From NCBI GenBank assembly GCA_964016885.1, contig OZ024753.1, positions 992,001-1,056,000 of the forward strand: a stretch of DNA of 64,000 nucleotides, written 5' to 3'. The first letter of the stretch is position 1, and each line of letters starts with the position of its first letter. This DNA comes from Eledone cirrhosa (lineage: Eukaryota). The translations under genes and the position numbers were made by a program. Under the pieces are notes generated by a model, which saw nothing but the letters and a program-made list of their open reading frames with translations, had not been told where the DNA came from and searched no databases. This document shows positions 53,527 through 64,000 of the stretch, piece after piece.

Positions 53527-55271
53527 GTTAGTAAAATGTGGGGCAGCCACAAATCTTTACTTCCTGTAACACCAGTTAACAGATATATCCTTAACCCTTT
53601 CATTACCATATTTCTAATGAAATACACCACTTGTGTTTTTCAAGTAATTGAAGGAATTTAGAAATAAAATTAACCATATTATTTAGCTGAAGTTTTGTAC
53701 ATAGCTTAACAAAGATACTCTTCCACAACATTATATTTTTATATTTAAATATGAATACATTAAAAATGAGAGTTTTGTCATTATAGAATTGGGGAGGGTT
53801 GGTATTGAAAAGTTTAACTCTTTAGAATTTACATTACTCTATATTCCCTATTATATTTTCATGGTAAAGGCTTTACTTCACACATTTATCTCACATAATA
53901 TTGAATCTATGAGATTTTGATATTATTTATTTTGTGAACAATACCTTAACATGGATGGTTACAGCCGGTTTGAACAGAAAGAAGCAAGAGAATTTTGGCC
54001 AGATATGGCCTGTTTAAATGCTAAAGGTTTCATTTATTTACATCCCTTATAACAGTCATCTGTTTGATCATTGCTTCATGTTTGTGTAATTGTCATTCAT
54101 GATTCTCAGTTATTATCTATCTGTGAAAGCCTTCCTAAGCCAGTGATAATTCTTCAACTTGTTCTTATAACAGAGTCACTGGAATTAGAGATTTAACATT
54201 AGTTTACAAGGCTCTACAACACTTGTTCAACGTTCTGTAATATGAATGTTCATGTATTTTTTAAGAGAATTAGCAACATAAATAAACTGAAATTGTTAAA
54301 AGATAGAATTGAAACCTGGATATGAACTTACTTTGGTGGGTGGCAGCTTATCACTTGTTTTACAGTACTTAAGTGTTTTGCTATTTTGATTGGTGCTAGA
54401 TCATTTGACAAAAGACTTTGCAGTATTTAGTTACAACACTTTAAGTTCTGAGTTTAATTCCTAGCAAGGCCAACTTAACTGTTCATCCTTCCCAAAGTTT
54501 ATAAAATAAATCTCCAATCAAGTACTTGGTCTGATATAATAGACTAATTTCTCTCTTAAATCTGAGACCATCAGTCTATGTTAGAAATTAATATTTAAAA
54601 AATACTACATATATTGAATCAGTTTTGAAACTAGATTTCTAACATAAATACTAGATTAGAAGTTTTTCTATGAAGGAGAACATTCGACTGTGTCATCACT
54701 ATCATCATCATCATAGTTTAGCATTTACATTATTCTATATTTACTATTGTATTTTTGTGGTACTTTATCTCACATAATTCTTATAATATCGAATCTATGA
54801 GATTTTGATATTATTTATTTTGAGAACAATATTTTAACTTCAGTATGAGCAGCCAGTTATGACCGTTTTGAACAGAAAGAGGGGAGAAAATTCTGGCTGG
54901 CTACGACTGGTTTAAACGCTAAAGGGTTAATATCTATTTTTCCATGCTACCAAAGGTTGGATGTGTCGTCACAGACAGGATGACACACCCAACTCTTGTT
55001 AAAAGAGAAAATGGATATTAAATGGTGATGATGCAGTTGACTGTTCTTCCTAGAAGAATTTCAATCATAGTAATTAGCAGCTACTTATTTTATTTTTTAC
55101 CCTTGGAAGGTTGAAAAGTGAAGTTAACTATGATGTATGAAATCAGTTTGTAGAAATATATAACTAAATACAGCAAAGCATTTTCTTTGATGTCTTACCA
55201 TCTACCATCCATCGTCCTTCGAAAATATATATATATATATATTTTTTTTTTTCTTTTTTTCTTTTTTTTAG

Positions 55272-56432
55272 TATTTCTTCCATACTGAAGAAGGTGTTAT
55301 TCTGTGGGCCAAAGCTCAGCAGCAGATGAAGAAAAACAGAGAAGCTACTTTGAAAGAGTACCACGCTCAGAAGAAGAATGCTCAAAGTCGACTGAAGAAT
55401 CCGGTTCCCATACCTTTAGCATCTGAAGGTGTGTACGTTAACATTCATATGGCCGACAAAATTCTTACACCAACACCTATCAAACCGAGTGTCAATGCAT
55501 TTCACACGGATAACCCAACTAACAGCAGTAGCAACAGCAACACAAAATCACAAATAGATGTCACACAGTTTGAACAGGAGGATGACCCATTTGAAAATGT
55601 TGAGCGACAGGTAATCAACGAATTTGAAGAACTAAATCAGGTGTTTCAGAACTCTGCTGAGTCACTGGAGTCACCTGAAGGGAACTATGAGAATATTGTC
55701 ATTAACAAGCCTCCGTTACCTATACCAGATAGCGTTGTTACAGGATCAGATAGTGTGTCACCAAATCCTGTCCCCACATTACAACCAACAACCACCGACG
55801 AGCCTCTAACAAACAGTGAAGAGTCTAATGTAGAAGTAATTCGAAACAAAACTGAAACAGACTTCCAAGAAGGGGAAAACACAGATAGAAACATTGTCTA
55901 TGGGAACTTGCCGTACCGTAAAAAATCAACATCCAGTTCCCAGAAAAGACGAGAGAGCAATAATTATGTAATGGTCTCTTATGCAAATGGTCGTTTGGTG
56001 CATGATGCAACTAAATTAACCACAAAACAATTATCTCTAGATGAAGAATCAAAACCTAATTTTGTATGTAATTATTTCAAGCGGAATTTCTCTACCAGTC
56101 AGGAGAACCCTGGAAGTATTCTTGATGCAACTCAACTGAATGAAAGTATTTACGAAAACCTTCCCATTTCTAGCACGGACAATTATGAAAACTGTCTTTT
56201 ACCACAGAGGTCGAGACATTCAGTAGCGTTTGATGTTGACACAACTGTTAACCCTCCAGCTATCCCTCCCAGAACAGACTTAACCAAATTGCGTAGTACT
56301 CACAGTACACCAAACATCCATCAAGCGTCATCTGACAGAGATGCTGAAACTGTCTCTCCTTTCCATTCCCCCTCTAAACCAGCTCCAAGAAAGCAAGTTA
56401 AATCTCCTGCATCTCCAGTACCAAGAAAACAG
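55272..56432 (+). CDS. UBAP1: UBAP1-like large central exon
   Basis: tttttag/gtgagg splice sites. Begins YFFHTEEGVILWA (UMA YDFxLEKxxIxWA) and contains FEQEDDPFENVERQVINEFEELNQVF, matching the conserved UBAP1 EEDPFDNLELKTIDEKEEL block. Includes ORF 55326-56459. Confidence 0.9.
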
Positions 56433-56516
56433 GTGAGGAGGATATTTATTTTAATTTGAATATCATAATATGAATTTTTTTTTTTTATCTATTTTATTTC
56501 CTGTTTATCGTAAGAA

Positions 56517-56764
56517 GTAGGTATCAGCCCACAGGTGCCAATGCAGGTGTTGTGATGTAGGTATCAGCCCACAGGTGCCAATGCAGGTGTTGTGTTGTAG
56601 GTATCAGCCCACAGGTGCCAATGCAGGTGTTGTGATGTAGGTATCAGCCCACAGGTGCCAATGCAGGTGTTGTGATGTAGGTATCAGCCCACAGGTGCCA
56701 ATGCAGGTGTTGTGATGTAGGTATCAGCCCACAGGTGCCAATGCAGGTGTTGTGTTGTAGGTAT
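56517..56764. repeat. 40-bp minisatellite, 6 copies, in UBAP1 intron
   Basis: Unit gtaggtatcagcccacaggtgccaatgcaggtgttgtgat. Confidence 0.97.
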
Positions 56765-59700
56765 TAGAACATTAGGTGTCCATTTAAAAATGTTCCACTT
56801 GTAAGTATGTATATATATATGTGCAGATGTAATGCACATCTAACATGTAACATTCTCACTTGTATGCATGGACACACAGACAGTAAATGATATATATTCC
56901 TTGTAATTGTTTAAAATTACTATCCATTTATTCTCAATTTGGTTTCATTTACAAAGAAAGCAAAAGAACAGTAACAATAAAAAGTAAATCAGATTTTTTT
57001 AATGTAAAACTTTGCATATGGAAATTAGAGTTTGGGTTTAGGGTTAGTCTTAAAGGTTAGGATTAAAGCTTAAGGTTAGAATTTAAACTTTAGGTGTAAA
57101 GTTTAGAGTTCGGCTATATACAGACGTGTGTGTATGCACTATAAGGTGGTATGAAGAACATCCAACTGTAGAAACCACGCTAAACAAAAACGTATGAGCA
57201 AGACTTGGTCATCTGAACTCTCTAGTCTCAGAACATAACAACCCATCTAATTCATGCTAGTATGAAACATCATCATCATCATCATTTTACGTCCGCTTTA
57301 CCCTGCTTGCAAGGGTGGGACGGGAACTGATTCTGGCTTGATTTCTACAGCTGGATGCCCTTCCTGACATCAACCTCATTTACAGTGAGTGCTGGGTGCT
57401 TTTTGGATATAAAAAGGTAATGATGTTATATATATATATATATAATCATCATCATCACCGTTTTACGTCCGTTCTTCCACGCTAGCATGGGTTAGACGGG
57501 TTGTCCTGTTGTGGGCAGTGTCCGGTCAGCTGACCATGTCTTGCTCATATATCATTATCATTTAACATCTATTTTTCACACTAACATGGGATATATATAT
57601 ATGTATATATGCTAGCATAGAAAAATGGACGTTAAACAGTGACGAAATTGATAAAGGTGATTATAATGGAATATTCCACTATTACTTTTAGTTAGGTGAG
57701 AGAAGCTCAATGCACACTAAAATCCTCAGCTTGTAAGCAATGTAAAACAGACAAAATATTCTTCGAAAGTTAAAGTTCTTGTTGTTGAGGACAGTACAGA
57801 TAGCAGAACATTAATATTTAAAATGAAGAAAAACCAAGGTTAACAACTTAAATATTTAATTTGTATGTTTGTTTTTATACAGGTAACAATGGTACATGCA
57901 TATGTAAATAATAAGTTAATCAGAAACAGTTAATTAGCAATTATTTACACAAGACATAATACATATAACAACTGCATATCTTCAGGAAATATAAGAAGGA
58001 ATAAGGGTTACCAAATTCAAATAATAAAAATAGATCTCACATCAAATATTGGACATAAGGCAAGCATTTAACGAAGACTGTACATGAAATGGTTGTAACG
58101 TGCAAAACTAAAAGATTGTGATTATATGTTGAGGTAAAAAGCATTACCTCATTATTGTTAATAATATTATTATTTTTCCTTATATTGTTAGAAGAATATT
58201 TGTTGGTGGTTAGATAAAATACATTGACAGGAATGTGAAAAGTGAGGCAGCGAAGTGAAATTAGTTTTGGGACAGCAGTAAGAATTTCTTAAGATATAGG
58301 AAACATACGAAAATTATCATTAATATTAATCAGTTATTAATCAGCTTTGAAGTTCCAATAAAAGTAGAGAAATAAATTGGTTGACTTCATAATCTGTTGT
58401 CAGTTATAAGCATTCAAAAATTCATATATTTGAAGATTCAGTTTCACACAGCAAACTCAAAAGTTGTAAAACAGTGTCGTTGAATTTTGCTGTGTTTTTC
58501 TTTAATGTGGCCAGTTAAATATTTGCTCTGAGTTACAGCATGTCAAATTATATTTATTACTAATTACCCTGTGAATTAATGATCAAGGTATAATTAGTAG
58601 TTTTGGTTTAGAAAAGTGGTTACAGATATACCACGTTAATATTATGGACTACCGTAATTATAGTGGTGCTCAGAAGTGCATATACACACACACATATACA
58701 CATACATGCATATACACACATACATGTACCATTATCATCACAGCATGGGTTAGATTGGTTGTCCTATTTGTGGCAAGTTGAAGTCAAATGACCATGTCTT
58801 GCTCATACAGAACCAATTTTAGCTTGGTTTCTACAGTTGGATGCCCTTCCTAAGACCAACCACATTTACAGTGAGTACTGGGGCTGCTTTTTGTCATGAG
58901 ACCTACTAAATAAACTTAAAGGCATTTTTTCATCTTTTGAAGGGGGCTTATTTTGCAATGATGTCCTCTTCACTATTAAAAGAAATAGTAGAAACCTTGA
59001 GCCGAATAAAAAAAACGTCTGCATAAATTGCAAGCAAATATGCATACAAATGACAACATAATTTTCTAAAAAGTCTTGTATGGAGGATGGAAAAGGAACA
59101 CGATAGAAGTACTGACGGGAAGTAACTCTGGCATGAAAAACTCTTTACTTTGAAATTAGCAGAGAGGGGGTGGGGAATTGAAAGTTAGTCTGTTTACTAC
59201 ATACACACATATTATCGATATATATCTATATATCCATTCACATATGCATACACATGATTGTACTGACAGACATTTATCTGTATAAAGCACAATTAGGACC
59301 TTGTGTTACATTTAGTGGGAGGAAAGGTAGAGAAAGAAAGAATAAGATGAGAAAAGCAGCAGGAGGGTATAAACATATGTTCATGGTGAGAGTTAATGTA
59401 AACCCATCCTTGGTAAGTAGAAATACATATAAACTGAATGAGTGATACATTGAGAGAATTTAGGAGTGAATATGTTGTAAAATAAAGTATGATTAACCCT
59501 TTAGTATTCACATTACTCTATATATACTATTATATTTTCATGGTAAAGGCTTTACCTCGCATAATTATCTCACAAATATCGAATCTATGAGATTTTGAAA
59601 GTATTTATTTTGAGAACAATATCTTAACAGACCAGTTACAGCCAGTTTCAACAGAAAGAGGTAGAGAATTCTGGCCGGTTTGAACATTGAAGGGTTAACT

Positions 59701-61093
59701 GTAAATTTTGTGTCTCAACATATTACTCATCACCAAGGATGGGTTTAGCATTATTAGATGAACATTAATCCTTTAGCATTTACATTACTCTATATTTACT
59801 ATTGTATTTTCATAGTAAAGGCTGAATCTCATAATTATCTCACATAATATCAAATCTATGAGATTTTGATATTATTTATTTTGAGAACAATACCTTAACA
59901 TAAGTATGAGCTGCCAGTTGCGGCCTATTTGAACAGAAAGAGGTGAGATAATTCTGGCTGGATATGGCCGGTTTAAATGCTAATGGGTTAACTCTCACCA
60001 TGAACATGTCTTTATATCCTCCTGCTGCTTTTCTCATCTTATTCTTTCTCTATTTTCCTCCCAATCAATGTAACTCTTATTTAATCTTCTGGATGCTCCA
60101 GGTACATTAAGTCGCCGATAGAGTAATCTCCCCTTGCGATGCGATTCATAAAGAGTGCTAAAGGTTAATTGTCTGCCTGGTATGTCGATATCGTCATTTT
60201 AATTATATAAAGTAAACAGACGTTAACGTGAGTACTCAACTGTGCTTTACCATGTGTGTTTATAGATATGAAGAGATATATAGATTAATATATGGCAGGT
60301 TAATTTTCATTATTTTTTCTTTTGTTTTTTCCACTGCTCTTTTCAAAGAAGCATTTTTTTAATACCCGAGTTGCCTCCCTTCTATAATTTTTTTTTTTTT
60401 TTTTTTTTTGCCTGGAGATCTTTTCCAAAATCTCGTCTCACCATTTGTATACACATGCTTGCAGTTAGGCAAGTTTTGTTAGCTTATGAATTATTTCCCT
60501 TTATCATAAGAATTTTGTAAATAATGTCAACGTAAAATGAGCGACTGAAAGAATAATGTGGATGTCAAATTATAATTCATATATGTGTTTGCATACGCAT
60601 TCCCAATTCCCCTTGTCAATCTTTAATCATTGTCCAATCACAGACGGTAATTGCAGTAGGAACAACTCACCCCAAACTGTCTCAAGTTCTATGATTCAAA
60701 ACCACCCCATTTAAACCCTGTAGCGTTTTACCATTTACATTACTCAATATTTACTATTATATTACAGGAATAAGACAGATTAAATCTAGTCCTACACTAT
60801 GTACACTTACAGGAATAAGACTTAGTTTAAATCTAGTCTTACACTATGTACACTCACAAGAATAAATCTTGTACACTTACAGGAATAAGGCTTAGTTTAA
60901 ATCCAAGGTGCTGCACAGTGGGACTGAACCCAAGGTGTGTCAATGATAGAGTCATCAATCCTATTAGTATTTTGTAATTAGATATCGTTCAATTCATTCA
61001 TTCTGCACATATTTTTTTGTCACAGGAAAACACATTAAATGATGACGATGATGATGTCTTTCATTAAATTACTTTCCATATCTTATTCTTCAG

Positions 61094-61333
61094 TCTTGGA
61101 GTCGGCACTCTCCACTAGCACCGATCCGAGCACGCTCCAATGGCCAGGTATCACAGGGTTCAGTAGATACGAGCTGTAGTGATGATAGCCCTACAGATTA
61201 CACTCAGGCTACCGACCCTTTTGCAGCATTGTCACAAGAAGCTCAGACGTTTGCCCAGCAATATCTTTCCATGGGGTTCCCTCGGGCCAGAGTTGCGAGG
61301 GCTGTCCAGAAATTAGGATTACAAGAAAAAGAT
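61094..61333 (+). CDS. UBAP1: UBAP1-like exon leading into the first UBA of the SOUBA domain
   Basis: ttcttcag/gtgagt splice sites, 240 nt in frame. Ends ALSQEAQTFAQQYLSMGFPRARVARAVQKLGLQEKD, with the UBA MGF motif. Confidence 0.88.
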
Positions 61334-62133
61334 GTGAGTATATCAGTGTGTGTGTGTGTGTGTGTGCAATAATGGTTGTGTGTGTGTACACAAAGGAAAT
61401 ATGTGAATAATTTAAGTTGAATGTGAGTTCCATGGCAGTGGTTTTATGTATTTCATGGTATGTCTTTGTAATTTGTGTGTGAGTGTGTATAGATCACCAT
61501 CATATAGATGTGTGTGCATATGTATATATGTGACTGGATGTGTGTGTATATGGGTATAGTTGTGTGCGCGTCTGTATTTAAATAGCGATGTTTGTTTATG
61601 TATATATATGTATGGATATAAATGTAACCTCTCTCTCTTTATATATATATATAGAATGTAAAAATGACAATGATGATGACAATATATATAGATGTGTCTG
61701 TAAGTTTATATATGCAAATATAAATAATTCAAATTCATAGATATATGTATAGATATTGAGAGAGAGACATATACATATATCTTATGAGAAAAACACAGTA
61801 TATTGTTCACACAAAAAGCACATAAATCTATGAAGAATACGTACTTCGGATAGAAAAGGTTCTTATTTCCTTATCGCCATTTCCTGATTCAAGGAGAACC
61901 ATAACTTAAAATCCATCATTGATCCCCAACTATCGATTTTGGTTAAGTTATGGGAGACAAGAATCAATCATGAGAGGAATTACATCAATTAAATGTAGTT
62001 GCAATAAAGTATATTATAGAAAATAACTGTCTATTGAGCTTTAGCTTTTCCACTGAGAAGCACAAATATCATACTTAATATATATGTTATACCTTAAATT
62101 TGTATATACATACATACATATATATATACATAC

Positions 62134-62168
<35 letters not shown>

Positions 62169-62169
62169 G

Positions 62170-62866
62170 ATAGATAATTTAATATATCTACTAACATAAG
62201 CGCACAGATGTACGCTAATGCCAGCAAATACACAGGTTATGTCATAGTACCTAGGTGGTTCAATGCAGGAGGATGCAGAACAATAATATAAGAGACGTAA
62301 AATAAGAAAATTAAAAAAAAAAAATTTTTTTTAAAAATTAACTTACTTACTTAAATTTTCACTCCAACTAATTAGTTTCTGCAATGGGATAAAGACAGTT
62401 ACGTAATGAACTGTTGAGAATTTCATTGCGTCATCAGGGAGGTCATTCTCAGCCAAGTCTCCAGGCAATGCGCGGACACTGGGGACTCATATAAAAATAA
62501 TAATAATTCGGTAAATGGAACAGCTATCGAGGACTGGATTCCAGGTACTGAAAATTCTCACTTCCACTGGTCATATGGCCGATTCTAAAGAATCAATCAC
62601 GTGACACAGAGGCTAGTCAGTAGGAATGGGATGGTAAGATGACAGACGCCTACTAACACCCCAAAAAAATTTAGAAGTGGTTTTGGCAGGTTTGCTCGAC
62701 AAATCAGTGATTTGGAGATAAATATAGATAATTTAATATATCTACTAACATAAGCGCACAGATGTACGCTAATGCCAGCAAATACACAGGTTATGTCATA
62801 GTACCTAGGTGGTTCAATGCAGGAGGATGCAGAACAATAATATAAGAGACGTAAAATAAGAAAATT
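62170..62866 (-). mobile_element. Non-coding retrozyme/PLE-like insert with 143-bp direct repeats and a hammerhead
   Basis: 62170-62312 and 62724-62866 appear identical (554-bp period). Hammerhead lies between them, with (TA)n on both flanks. Confidence 0.7.
62362..62441 (-). ncRNA. Type I hammerhead ribozyme motif
   Basis: CUCC-CUGAUGA-C-GCAAUG...CAUUGC-A-GAAA-CUAAUUAG-UU^GGAG. Intact core, palindromic stem III, C/A mismatch at base of stem II. Confidence 0.72.
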
Positions 62867-62989
62867 TTTATATATATATATATAATGTGGAAAGTGATAT
62901 AAGGCTAAACAATGCAAAATGAACGGTAAGATGAAGGTAACAAAAAAGTAAGTTACCTGGTAATCTTTGTTTTTTTTTTTTTTTTGTTG

Positions 62990-63530
62990 CTGTTGTTTCT
63001 TTCATTCTAATATTTTGGGACTTAAAATTCCCTTCTTCAGAGTATAAGGTACTTTCAGAGAATAATGATCTGGTTTCTTATCTTTGGATTTAAATTTTAT
63101 AAACTGCTTTCAATCGTTTTTCGATGGTTGTTTCATTATTCACAAGAACCTGGAGGACGACATCAATTGCTGATGTAATATTTCATGGAATCAATTTTCT
63201 TGTATCAGATGTTGTTTAGGTTGCGTATGTGTATGCATGTTTGTCAGTGTGTACTGAGTTCTAGTCTGTTATTTATTTCTATGTATGAACAAGGCTGCCT
63301 TAATTCTTAAATTGCCCACATTCCTCTCTCTGGCTTCAATATTGACCGTTATATTTTTGTTGATGTTTCTGCATTTGTCAATGGTGTTTTTTGAATGAGG
63401 ATGCGTGTGTTGAGGTGTTCTGGAGTGCCGAGTCATGCTACCAATGTAGAACTCCTTACATTTACTGCATTCAATCCAGTATACCATATGTGTCTGCTGG
63501 CACCTACCTGTGTCGCGGATAAGGCAGTTA
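62990..63530 (-). mobile_element. Penelope-like element 3' fragment: GIY-YIG endonuclease plus downstream degenerate hammerhead
   Basis: ORF 63269-63487 VYWIECSKCKEFYIGSMTR...LRIKAALFI matches PLE GIY-YIG with the CxxC insert. Hammerhead-like motif at 63004-63045 on the same strand. Confidence 0.8.
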
Positions 63531-63610
63531 GTCAGTGATCATTGGTTGTTGTTGTCTCTGGATTGCTTTTTAGATAGGTATCCATGCAAGCAGATGTAAA
63601 AACAATGATG

Positions 63611-63692
<82 letters not shown>

Positions 63693-63974
63693 ATTGAATG
63701 TTAACTAGAAAATAATAGCAGATAGTATAAATACAATAATTGTTTTGTGACATGAATATTAATTGTTTCTACTTTTGGCACAAGGCCAGCAACTACCCAG
63801 TGCATTACTGGTACTTTATTTTATCGACCCCGTAAGGAAGAAAGGCAAAGTTAACCTCGGCGGGATTTGAACTCAGAATGGCAAGGGCCGTAACTCTATG
63901 CGTCAAAGCATGGCGTCCGACTCCCTACCGACACTGCCAAATATTAATGGTTGCTAATGTTCTCTGTATTTCAG

Positions 63975-64000
63975 GTGATTGACCATTTGTGTATGGTTGA
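63975..64000 (+). CDS. UBAP1: UBAP1-like exon, truncated by window end (VIDHLCMV...)
   Basis: tatttcag acceptor, phase 0, continues UBA helix 3 (cf. QILDYL). Confidence 0.7.

Noticed and set aside
55326-56459. 377-aa ORF as a standalone gene
   Set aside because: It is an internal exon: the frame opens at the 55272 acceptor and a donor at 56433 precedes the stop.
57025-57110. Interstitial telomere-like TTAGGG tract
   Set aside because: Only one exact unit; too degenerate to call.
61026-61067. Alternative acceptor upstream of the UBA exon
   Set aside because: In-frame stop; the sequence resembles the common (GAT)n retroposon tail.

Overview
AT-rich, repeat-dense eukaryotic DNA, most consistent with an octopod cephalopod (tRNA-derived SINEs, (TA)n/(CA)n microsatellites, RTE, mariner and Penelope debris). 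I can assemble two spliced genes on the + strand. The first is the last two coding exons of an ALDH1/2-family aldehyde dehydrogenase (745-2234). The second is the first six coding exons of a UBAP1 (ESCRT-I, UMA plus SOUBA) orthologue (51233 to beyond 64000), with a candidate distal promoter/first exon near 7.8-7.96 kb. The rest is intergenic or intronic: decayed mariner and maT transposons, RTE LINE pieces, a Helitron end, at least 11 copies of a TTAA-targeting MITE, SINEs with target-site duplications (TSDs), and minisatellites. The most unusual signal is a set of type I hammerhead-ribozyme motifs from several unrelated sequence families, mostly beside (TA)n tracts and often in fold-backs. 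One lies in a terminally redundant 554-bp unit resembling a retrozyme or non-autonomous Penelope element inside a UBAP1 intron. All calls were made by eye; no searches or folding programs were run.
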